Part shown: positions 51,915 through 60,151 of the stretch, one piece after another
How the letters are laid out: each line of letters starts with the position of its first letter
Position numbering within the stretch: the first letter of the stretch is position 1
From: Polyangiales bacterium
GTDB lineage: Bacteria > Myxococcota_A > Polyangia > Polyangiales > Polyangiaceae
Direction: 5' to 3'
Assembly (NCBI GenBank): GCA_038231275.1
Contig: JBBRLQ010000005.1
Span: 128,001-192,000, forward strand
DNA: 64,000 nucleotides
The notes under the pieces: model-generated
Told to the model about the DNA's origin: nothing
What the model saw: only the letters and a program-made list of their open reading frames with translations
The model's database searches: none
Position numbers and translations under genes: made by a program

Positions 51915-53348
51915 GTGCTGATCGCTGCTTCCCCGGTGCCGCTTCCGTCCGCGAGCGCGGTCGAGCGCGTCAAGATCGCGCTGGACCGACGTCTGGGGAG
52001 CTCGAAGGTGGACGTGTCGGAGGCGCGGTGCCTCGCCTACGCGCGCGACGAGAGCGAGGCGATCGGCCGGCCGCCCGACGTCGTCGTGATCGCCGAGCGC
52101 GCGGAGGACGTCGCGCTCACCCTCGCCATCGCGGAGGAGCACGGCGTCCCGGTCACCCCGCGCGCCGGAGGCACCGGAAGAACCGGCGGCGCAGTGCCGG
52201 TCGCCGGCGGCATCGTCCTTCGAACGGATCTCCTCGCGCAGATCAAGGAGATCGATCGCAACGATCTCGTCGCCGTCGTGCAGCCGGGCGTCGTCACCGG
52301 AGATCTGCACGCGGCGTGCGAAAAGGAGGGGCTCTTTTATCCGCCCGATCCCAACTCCCTCAAGACATGCATGATCGGCGGCAACGTCGCCGAGAACGCG
52401 GGCGGACCGCGCGCGTTCAAGTACGGCGTCACGCGCGAGTACGTGCTCGGGCTCGAGGTGTGCCTCATGGGCGGGCGCGTGCTTCGGCCTGGGCGGCGCA
52501 CCGTGAAGGGCGTGACCGGCTACGACGTCACCGCGCTCCTCGTCGGGAGCGAAGGGACGCTCGGCGTCTTCACCGAAGCCACGCTGCGCCTCGTCCCCAA
52601 GCCGCCGGAGGTGGTGACGGTGCTGGCCCTCTTCGACGACGTGCAGGCGTGCGGTGACGCCGTGAGCGCGATCGTTGCCGCCGGTCTCGTTCCGCGATGC
52701 CTGGAGCTCCTCGATCGGGCGACGCTCGACGCGGTGCGCGCGAGCGGCGTGTCGGTCGACACGCGCGCCGGCGCGATGCTCCTCGTCGAGATGGACGGCG
52801 AAGCGGCCGCGCTCGAGCCGCAGATCGAGCGTCTCGGAGAGGTCGTGTCGAAGGGGCGCGGCGTCGTCGATCTCCTCGTCGCGCAGGATGCGGCGCAGCG
52901 CGGGCGACTGTGGGAGGCGCGGCGGCAGCTGTCCTCGGCGACGCGGAAGCTTGCAAAATACAAGCTCTCGGAGGACATCGTCGTGCCGCGCTCGCGCGTG
53001 TCGGAGCTGCTCGCTCGCGTCGACGCGATCGGCGTGGCGACCGGCGTCCGGCACCTCACCTACGGGCACGCCGGCGACGGGAACCTGCACGTGAACTTTC
53101 TCTGGAACGACGACGGCGAGAGGCCGGCGGTGGATCGCGCCATCGAGGCGCTGATGCGCACGACCGTGGAGCTGCGCGGCACCCTTACCGGCGAGCACGG
53201 CATTGGTGTCACGAAGGCGGCGTACTTGCCCCTCGAGCAGTCCGAGGACCTCATCGCCCTACAGCGCGACCTGAAGCGCGTCTTCGACCCGCGCGATCTC
53301 CTGAATCCTGGGAAAATCTTCCCCGCCGTCGGCCACGCCGCCTGCTGA
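51915..53348 (+). CDS. FAD-linked oxidase, GlcD/D-lactate dehydrogenase-like
   Basis: PRAGGTG, YPPDP, GGNVAENAGG..KYG, GSEGTLG, GHAGDGNLH, GEHGIG, LNPGK. Confidence 0.92.
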   Translation: MLIAASPVPLPSASAVERVKIALDRRLGSSKVDVSEARCLAYARDESEAIGRPPDVVVIAERAEDVALTLAIAEEHGVPVTPRAGGTGRTGGAVPVAGGIVLRTDLLAQIKEIDRNDLVAVVQPGVVTGDLHAACEKEGLFYPPDPNSLKTCMIGGNVAENAGGPRAFKYGVTREYVLGLEVCLMGGRVLRPGRRTVKGVTGYDVTALLVGSEGTLGVFTEATLRLVPKPPEVVTVLALFDDVQACGDAVSAIVAAGLVPRCLELLDRATLDAVRASGVSVDTRAGAMLLVEMDGEAAALEPQIERLGEVVSKGRGVVDLLVAQDAAQRGRLWEARRQLSSATRKLAKYKLSEDIVVPRSRVSELLARVDAIGVATGVRHLTYGHAGDGNLHVNFLWNDDGERPAVDRAIEALMRTTVELRGTLTGEHGIGVTKAAYLPLEQSEDLIALQRDLKRVFDPRDLLNPGKIFPAVGHAAC

Positions 53349-53467
53349 GCGGACGCATAGAAGATGTGGGGCGCGCGTAGCACGGCGTGGGATGGCCACC
53401 TCCGGCATTGACCGAGACGCGTTGACTTTCGTCCTGGTGAGCCGTTCTCTCACGATTGGAGAATCGT

Positions 53468-54616
53468 ATGCGCATCGCACAATCTCGCTGGACCGGCTCG
53501 GCATGGATAGACGACGGAGCTGTCCTCGTGGACGCGGATCTCGTCCTCGCGTTCGGTACGCGCGCGGTCCTCACGGCGGCGGTCGTCGAAGATCTTCGCG
53601 GTCGTCATCCGTCGGCGCGCGTGCTCGGCTGCTCGACCGCGGGCGAGATCGCCGGGACGCGCGTCCACGAAGGGCAGGTCGTGACCACCGCCGTGAAGTT
53701 CACGACGACGCGCGTCGAGGCCGCGCGCGAGCACATCGCGACGCGCGCAGACAGCCAGCGCACGGGAGCTCGCCTCGCTGCGGCCCTCGCAAAGGACGAT
53801 CTCGTCCACGTCTTCGTGCTCTCCGACGGGCTGCTCGTGAACGGGAGTGAGCTCACACGCGGGCTCGCCGAGGGTCTCCCGCGCGGCGTCGCGGTGACCG
53901 GTGGGCTCTCCGGCGACGGCGCGCGGTTCGAAACGACGGAGGTGTTTTTGGACGGCGCGCCGACGAGCCACGAGGTCGTCGCGCTCGGCTTCTATGGCAA
54001 GGAGCTCCGCGTCGGCTACGGCTCGCTGGGCGGTTGGGACCCGTTCGGTCCCGATCGCCTCGTGACGCGCTCGGAGGGCAGCGTCGTGTACGAGCTCGAC
54101 GGCCGCCCCGCGCTCGACCTCTACCGCGAATACCTCGGCGAGCACGCCGCCGGCCTCCCGGCCAGTGGCCTCCTCTTTCCGCTCTCGATCCGCAACGAGC
54201 ACGCGGGCCTCGTGAGGACGATCCTCGACGTCGATCTGGAGGCGCGGAGCCTGACCTTCGCCGGCGACGTGCCGCAAGGCGCGTACGCCCGCTTGATGCG
54301 CGCGAACTTCGATCGGCTCATCGACGGCGCGACCGGTGCCGCGAAGGACGGCGCGCTCGCGCTCGCGGGAGCGCGCACCGAGCTCGCGATCCTCATCAGC
54401 TGCGTGGGACGAAAGCTCGTGTTGAAGCAGCGCGTGGAGGAGGAGCTGGAGAGCGTTCGCGACGTCCTCGGCGAGGGCGCGGTCCTCACCGGCTTCTACT
54501 CCTACGGCGAGCTCTGTCCCGGCGCGACCGGTGCGTGCGCGGATTTGCACAACCAGACGATGACCGTCACGACGCTCTCGGAGGGCACTTGCACAAGCTC
54601 CTCGCCCGCCAGCTGA
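53468..54616 (+). CDS. FIST domain protein (NosP-like)
   Basis: GCSTAGEI, TGGLSGD, GGWDPFG, YELDG.PAL, SCVGR, GFYSYGE, LHNQTM. Confidence 0.92.
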   Translation: MRIAQSRWTGSAWIDDGAVLVDADLVLAFGTRAVLTAAVVEDLRGRHPSARVLGCSTAGEIAGTRVHEGQVVTTAVKFTTTRVEAAREHIATRADSQRTGARLAAALAKDDLVHVFVLSDGLLVNGSELTRGLAEGLPRGVAVTGGLSGDGARFETTEVFLDGAPTSHEVVALGFYGKELRVGYGSLGGWDPFGPDRLVTRSEGSVVYELDGRPALDLYREYLGEHAAGLPASGLLFPLSIRNEHAGLVRTILDVDLEARSLTFAGDVPQGAYARLMRANFDRLIDGATGAAKDGALALAGARTELAILISCVGRKLVLKQRVEEELESVRDVLGEGAVLTGFYSYGELCPGATGACADLHNQTMTVTTLSEGTCTSSSPAS

Positions 54617-56298
54617 AGCGCGCGGGTCTAAACGAGCCCGCGATCCCGGCGGAGGTTCGCGCGTTGCTCGATCTCGTCGACGCCGCATACCAAGAAGCGG
54701 ACGCCGAGCGCGGCCTGGTGGAGCGGTCGCTCGAGCTCATGTCCCACGAGCTGACGGAGCGGAACAAGACCCTGCGCGAGGAGCTCAACGCGCGGCGCCG
54801 CGGCGAGCAGGAGGTCTATCGAATCGTCGAGAACCTGCCGCAGGCGATCGTGGTGCGGCGCGGCGATACGATCGTGTACGTGAACGGGACGACCGTTCGC
54901 CTCCTCAGGTACGACAGCACCACCGAGCTGATCGGCCGTCCGGCGCTGGACATCGTCGCGCCCGACGATCGCGCCGTCGTGGCCGACGACATTGCGCGGA
55001 TGGACGCAGGTAAGGGCGTCCTGCGCCGCGAGCACCGCCTCCTGGCGAAGGACGGGACGACGGTGCTCGTCGAGCGCAGCACGGTCGAGCGCGTCGAGTT
55101 CGCGGGAGACGCCGCCGTGCTCGTGGCGTACACCAACGTATCGGAGCTCCGCGAGCTCCAGTCTCGAATGCAGATCGCCGACCGAATGGCCTCGCTCGGC
55201 ACGATGGCGGCTGGCGTCGCCCACGAGATCAACAACCCGCTCGCGTACGTGCTCGCGAACCTCGACTTCGCGTCAGAGCTCGTCGACACGGCGCGCGGCG
55301 GGGGCGCCGTCTCGTTCGAAGACTGCCTCTCCGCCCTCGCCGACGCCATGAACGGCGCTACGCGGGTCCAGCGGATCGTCGCGTCGCTGAAGACGTTCTC
55401 GCGGGTGGACGAGGAGGTGCGCGCGCCGGTCTCGTTGAACGACGTCCTCGAGACTGCGATTCAGCTCTCGATGAACCAGATCCGTCACAGCGCGCGGCTG
55501 GTGCGCCGCCTCGAGTCTTCGCCCACCGTCTACGCGAACGAGGGGCGGCTCGCGCAGGTCTTCGTGAACCTCCTCGTCAACGCCGCGCAGGCGATCCCTG
55601 AGAGCAAGCGCACGATGGCGACGATCACCGTTCGCACGCGCGTGAGCACGAAGGATCGCGCGATCGTCGAGATCTCGGACAACGGCGATGGCATCCCCGC
55701 CAACGTGCTCCCGCGCATCTTCGAGCCCTTCTTCACGACGAAGCCGCAGGGGATGGGCACCGGGCTCGGCCTCAGCATCTGCCACGGCATCGTGCAGGCG
55801 CTCGATGGCACCCTGGAGGTCGACAGCGTCGTGGGGCAGGGAACGACGTTTCGCGTCACCTTGCCGCGCCGGAACCGCAAGAGCCTGCCGCCCAGTGCGC
55901 CGCCCGTGGAGGCCACGCGCGCGACGCAAACGAGAGCGCGCATCTTGATCGTCGACGACGAGGAGGCCATTGGCATGGCGATCCGCCGCTTGCTCGTCGA
56001 TCACGAGGTGGTGCCCGTCGTCGACGCACGCGCCGCGCTCCGCGTCTTGCGGGAAGGAAAGCCGTTCGATGTGGTCCTATGCGATCTCATGATGCCCGAG
56101 GTGAGTGGCGCCGAGCTGTTCGAGGCGGTGAGCGTCACCGATCCGGCGCAAGCGTCGCGCTTCGTGTTCTTGACCGGCGGCGCCTTCACGGCCCAAACGC
56201 ACGATTTTCTCGAGAAGTGCGATCGCCCGAAGATCCTGAAGCCGTTTACCGCGGCGGACTTGCGCCGGGCGGTCGCCACCGTCCTCGCCGCGCGGTAG
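54589..56298 (+). CDS. PAS hybrid sensor histidine kinase with receiver domain
   Basis: TTG start MHKLLARQLKR after GGAGGG; PAS; AHEINNPL, NLLVNA, DNGDGI, GTGLGL; receiver VDDE..CDLMMP..KP. Confidence 0.9.
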   Translation: MHKLLARQLKRAGLNEPAIPAEVRALLDLVDAAYQEADAERGLVERSLELMSHELTERNKTLREELNARRRGEQEVYRIVENLPQAIVVRRGDTIVYVNGTTVRLLRYDSTTELIGRPALDIVAPDDRAVVADDIARMDAGKGVLRREHRLLAKDGTTVLVERSTVERVEFAGDAAVLVAYTNVSELRELQSRMQIADRMASLGTMAAGVAHEINNPLAYVLANLDFASELVDTARGGGAVSFEDCLSALADAMNGATRVQRIVASLKTFSRVDEEVRAPVSLNDVLETAIQLSMNQIRHSARLVRRLESSPTVYANEGRLAQVFVNLLVNAAQAIPESKRTMATITVRTRVSTKDRAIVEISDNGDGIPANVLPRIFEPFFTTKPQGMGTGLGLSICHGIVQALDGTLEVDSVVGQGTTFRVTLPRRNRKSLPPSAPPVEATRATQTRARILIVDDEEAIGMAIRRLLVDHEVVPVVDARAALRVLREGKPFDVVLCDLMMPEVSGAELFEAVSVTDPAQASRFVFLTGGAFTAQTHDFLEKCDRPKILKPFTAADLRRAVATVLAAR

Positions 56299-56301
56299 CC
56301 G

Positions 56302-57336
56302 CTACTCGAGTGGCAACACCCACACTTCGTCGCCCGCCTTGACGCCGAGGTGCTCCGCCGCGTCCTCGCCCAGGCGCCCGACCCCGTCGTCCTCCGACCA
56401 CGCCGCGAGCGTCGCGCGGAAATACGGGGCCAGCGGGAGCGTGATCGCCACGACGGCGCGCTGATCGGCCATCTCGTCTTTTCCTAGCGCCGCGCCGAGC
56501 GTGACCTTGTGCGTGCGCTGAACGAGCGAGACCTCGTCGGTCATCGCCGTGAAATGCGGGCCGCCGTCGAACGGATCGACGCGCTCGGCGTACCGGAAGC
56601 CGACCCGCCGCAGCATCTTCTCGACGCCGCGCGTCTGGTGGCCGACCTTGCCGATCACGTCCTGCGCCTGCTTCGGCAGGAGCGACGCGTAAATCGGGTG
56701 CTCGGGAAAGAGCGCCTTGATGAACTCTTTGTTCTGCTTGCTCAGCCGATCGGCCTCCGCGTACGTCAGGCCGGTGAAGTGACGGCCGACCGCGTCCCAC
56801 AAATGCGACGTGCCGTCCGGCTCGAGCGGGGGCAAGAGCTCGGCGAGGATCTCGTCGCGGAACAGCTCGCGGTTCATCTTGATGAAGAGGAAGCGCACGT
56901 ACGACAAGAACTGCCCCAAGCGCTCGGGCACGCGGCGGTAGTCCGGCAGGAGGATGAGGCCGCCGATCTCCGTCGGGCCGTTGTACGAGTAGCCGATGTT
57001 GAGCGTGCGGTGGTTGAAGTGCCGATCGATCGTCGCCGAGTAGCGCTCCTCGTCGATGACGTCGACGTAGATGTACGGCGCGTCGCGGCGCCCGAGCTGC
57101 GCGATGATCATCGACGTGCCGATCAGCTGCTGCTTCTCGACGTCGACGAGGACGAAGACGTACTCGCGGCGCTTCGGATCTTTGATCGCGCCGGTCCAGC
57201 TCTTCAGCGCCTGCTCGAGGATCGTGTGGATCGCCTCGCGGTCCTCCGGCAGGTTGACGGTGTTCAGGTGATGCGCGACCCGGAGGAGCTGATCCTCGTC
57301 GCTGGGCAGCGCGCCTCTGATTTCGTAAGGGAGCAT
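56302..57336 (-). CDS. astA: Arginine N-succinyltransferase
   Basis: NLP, Y.FVL.D, TEIGGL.L.P.YR, LS..RFLF, LW..VG.HF.G..Y.EAD, Y..LLP..AQ.VIG.V, DPFDGGP. Confidence 0.85.
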   Translation of the reverse strand: MLPYEIRGALPSDEDQLLRVAHHLNTVNLPEDREAIHTILEQALKSWTGAIKDPKRREYVFVLVDVEKQQLIGTSMIIAQLGRRDAPYIYVDVIDEERYSATIDRHFNHRTLNIGYSYNGPTEIGGLILLPDYRRVPERLGQFLSYVRFLFIKMNRELFRDEILAELLPPLEPDGTSHLWDAVGRHFTGLTYAEADRLSKQNKEFIKALFPEHPIYASLLPKQAQDVIGKVGHQTRGVEKMLRRVGFRYAERVDPFDGGPHFTAMTDEVSLVQRTHKVTLGAALGKDEMADQRAVVAITLPLAPYFRATLAAWSEDDGVGRLGEDAAEHLGVKAGDEVWVLPLE

Positions 57337-57401
57337 GGAGAGGGAGGTCACACGCGCGACGAGCGGGCCGCCGCGAGGGGGAACCTTTCTACCACGAGCC
57401 G

Positions 57402-58013
57402 CTATTTGATGGGGATTCGGCGCAAGCTCGGGGCGTGCGCCTGGCAGAGGCCGCGCGCGCGTGTGTGCGGGTCGAACGTGATCTTCTCGCAGACCTTGCA
57501 GACCGTGAGGAGCGCGAGGTAGTCGCTTGGCCGCATCAGGTAGTCGACCGCCGCGAGCGACAGGACGCGATCGCTGAGGCGCATGCGTTCGTGATCGACG
57601 GGGGCGTACCCGGCGCGGCCGCTGGCGTCGCGCGTGCGGCGTACGTAACCGGCGTGGAGCGACGATCGCGCGAAGCTCCCGTTCTCGGGCGCGAGGCGGA
57701 GCGTCGTGAGCACCTCCTGGCGTGCGCCGGCGACGATGCCTTCGACGCTCTGCGAGGCGAGCTGCGTGCGTACGGACGCGGGGACGACGTCGCTCCTGCG
57801 CGGCGGTCCCTCGACACGGGGCGTGTGGCGCACGAGGAGGCGGTAGGGCCCGCCGAGCCACACCGCGAGCCCCGACTTGCCCCAGCTCGTCGCGCTACCG
57901 ACGACGAACGACACGATCGCGTCCCGACACGCGTCGGCGATCGAGATCGCGGTCACTCCGTCGGCGAGGGCGACGGGAGGGCGCGGATCGAGGAGGGGAG
58001 CCTGCATGGCCAT
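57402..58013 (-). CDS. Hypothetical protein with C-terminal CxxC...CxxH zinc-ribbon-like motif
   Basis: CKVC...CQAH; start (58013 or 58007) uncertain. Confidence 0.55.
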   Translation of the reverse strand: MAMQAPLLDPRPPVALADGVTAISIADACRDAIVSFVVGSATSWGKSGLAVWLGGPYRLLVRHTPRVEGPPRRSDVVPASVRTQLASQSVEGIVAGARQEVLTTLRLAPENGSFARSSLHAGYVRRTRDASGRAGYAPVDHERMRLSDRVLSLAAVDYLMRPSDYLALLTVCKVCEKITFDPHTRARGLCQAHAPSLRRIPIK

Positions 58014-58126
58014 TCGAAGGAATCTTGAATGCACCGAAGGGGCCAACTCCCTCGGTGGATCATTGGTCCCCCGAATCGAGGGATTAGGGGGTGTCGGAAG
58101 GGGCGCGCGTGGATCGCTGGATCCAC

Positions 58127-58153
58127 CGTGCGGTCCCGAGACCGCACGTTTTT
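58127..58153 (+). terminator. Terminator-like hairpin upstream of the znuA-like gene
   Basis: CGTGCGGTC-ccga-GACCGCACG-TTTTT. Confidence 0.5.
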
Positions 58154-58167
58154 GATAGCCTCGCGGC

Positions 58168-59124
58168 GTGCGCACATTCCCTTCTACGTTGGCGGCGGTC
58201 ACATTGCTCCTCCTGGCGGCGCCCCTGGTCGGCGTGTCCGGCTGCTCGAGCTGCAGAAAAGAGGAGAGCGGGCGCACCAAGGTCGTCGTCTCCATTTTCC
58301 CGATCTACGATCTCACCCGAACGGTTGCGGGGCCCGACGCCGACGTCGTCCTCCTGCTTCCCCCCGGCAAGAGCGAGCACCATTTCGACCCGACCCCCAA
58401 GCAGGTCGAGGACGTCGCGAGCGCCAAGCTCGGGATCATGGTCGGGTTGGGCCTCGATCCGTGGATGGAGAAGATCCTGAAAGACGCCGCCCCCAAGGCG
58501 CGCGCGCTCAAGGTCGGCGAGCGTGTCCCGACGCTCACGGTGAAGGACGACATGCTCGGCGACGAGGAGGCCCACGCCGGCGCGAAGGACGACGACGATC
58601 ACGATCACGAGAAGGGCGCGACCGATCCCCACTGCTGGCTCGATCCCAAGCGCGCGCAAAAGATGGTCGACGCGATCAAGGAGGAGCTCGCCGCCACCGA
58701 TCCTCCGCACGCTGCCGGGTACCGCGCGCGCGCTGCGGAGCTGACGACGAAGCTCGGCGAGCTGGACGCCGAGATTGAGAAACGCGCGGCCGCCTGGTCA
58801 CGCCGCGACTTCGTCACGTTCCACGGCAGCTTCGGGTACTTCGCCGATCGCTATCACCTCCAGATCGTCGCGGTGATCGAGCCGTTCCCGGGCTCGACGC
58901 CGACCGGCAAGTACATCGAGGCGGTGCGCGCGGTCGTCGAGAAGAAGAAGGTGCCGGGCCTCTTCAGCGAGCCGCAGCTCGATCCGAGGCCGGCGAAGAT
59001 CCTCGCCGACGAGCTCAAGGTCCCACTCGGCGTCCTTGATCCCGTCGGCGGCTCGCCGGCCACCGACTCGTACGCCAAGCTCCTTCGCTTCGACGCCGAC
59101 GCGCTCGAAAAGGTCCTCAAGTGA
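58168..59124 (+). CDS. Metal (Zn/Mn) ABC transporter substrate-binding lipoprotein
   Basis: Lipobox VSGC, PG.SEH.F.PTP, short His/Asp loop, DPHCWLDP, FH..F.YF, E metal ligand. Confidence 0.92.
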   Translation: MRTFPSTLAAVTLLLLAAPLVGVSGCSSCRKEESGRTKVVVSIFPIYDLTRTVAGPDADVVLLLPPGKSEHHFDPTPKQVEDVASAKLGIMVGLGLDPWMEKILKDAAPKARALKVGERVPTLTVKDDMLGDEEAHAGAKDDDDHDHEKGATDPHCWLDPKRAQKMVDAIKEELAATDPPHAAGYRARAAELTTKLGELDAEIEKRAAAWSRRDFVTFHGSFGYFADRYHLQIVAVIEPFPGSTPTGKYIEAVRAVVEKKKVPGLFSEPQLDPRPAKILADELKVPLGVLDPVGGSPATDSYAKLLRFDADALEKVLK

Positions 59125-59900
59125 CGGGTCGGCGGACGCTGCCGCCCGACGACGCCGAGAAGGTGCTCGACGTGCGCGGCGTCACCGTCCGCTTCGGCGC
59201 GAAGGTCGCGCTCGAGGACGTGTCGTTTTTCGTGCCGCGCGGGGAATTCTTGTGTCTGTGCGGCCCGAATGGGGCGGGAAAGTCGACGCTCCTGAAGGCG
59301 ATCCTCGGCCTCGTGACCCCCTCGAGCGGCTCGCTCGAAATATGTGGGCTTTCGCCCGACAAAGCGCGGGCCAAGGTGGGCTATGTGCCCCAACGGAAGA
59401 GCTTCGATCGGGACTTTCCGGCGTCTCCGTTGGAGGTCGTCGCGGCCAACCTCCGAGGTCGCTGGCCGCTCCGCATCACCGCCGATGAGCGTGCCCGCGC
59501 GATGGAAATGCTCGAGCGGACCGGGGCCGCGACGCTGGCGAACGCGCAAATGCGTGATCTGTCGGGCGGCGAGACGCAGCGCGTGTTCCTGGCGCGCGCG
59601 CTCGTCACGAAGCCCGAGCTCCTCGTATTGGACGAGCCCACCGCGGGCGTCGACGTGACGGGGCGCGCGGCCATCATCGATTTGATGGCGGAAATCAGCG
59701 CGTCAGAGACGATCACGGCGGTGCTCGTGACCCACAACATGCAAGCGATCGCGCGCTGCGCCGAGCGCGTCGTCTACCTGGAACGCACGTTAAAAGCCTG
59801 GGGCCTGTGGAACGAGCTGTCCTCGGACCGCGAGCTCAGCGCCATCCAGATCACCGCCGGCGATCATCGAGCGTCTTCTGCCGAAATGGACGGCGATTAG
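59121..59900 (+). CDS. Metal ABC transporter ATP-binding protein (ZnuC-like)
   Basis: GPNGAGKST, GYVPQ, LSGGETQR, LDEPT, VTH. Confidence 0.92.
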   Translation: MTGRRTLPPDDAEKVLDVRGVTVRFGAKVALEDVSFFVPRGEFLCLCGPNGAGKSTLLKAILGLVTPSSGSLEICGLSPDKARAKVGYVPQRKSFDRDFPASPLEVVAANLRGRWPLRITADERARAMEMLERTGAATLANAQMRDLSGGETQRVFLARALVTKPELLVLDEPTAGVDVTGRAAIIDLMAEISASETITAVLVTHNMQAIARCAERVVYLERTLKAWGLWNELSSDRELSAIQITAGDHRASSAEMDGD

Positions 59901-60088
59901 AGCGAACGTCGTTTAAACGGCGCGGGAGAACGAACGGCGGCGACCCACCAGAAGCGCCGCGCGCGTGATCGGTCGCGCTCGCTTTTGTCCACAGGGGAAG
60001 GCGCCAGCAGAATCGCTACGGGGCGGCGCGGCACTTGCGTCCAGGGACGCAGGCCGCACGTTGTTTTTGGCAGGGGCGCGCGTGTGGC

Positions 60089-60103
60089 GGGCACTGGGTT
60101 TGC
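60089..60103 (+). promoter_or_regulatory. Candidate sigma54 promoter
   Basis: GGGCACTGGGTTTGC; a second GG-N10-GC match CGGCGCGGCACTTGC at 60024-60038. Confidence 0.45.
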
Positions 60104-60151
60104 GATGTAGCCTCTACAGGTCGGGTTTCCCGAAAGGTTTCAAATCGGTCG

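Noticed and set aside
54034-54616. FIST and kinase as one frameshifted fusion gene
   Set aside because: The kinase has its own RBS and a plausible TTG start; the FIST domain is complete
59985-59993. TTGTCCACA DnaA-box-like site as a replication origin
   Set aside because: Single mismatched box, no cluster, no AT-rich unwinding element and no dnaA/dnaN nearby
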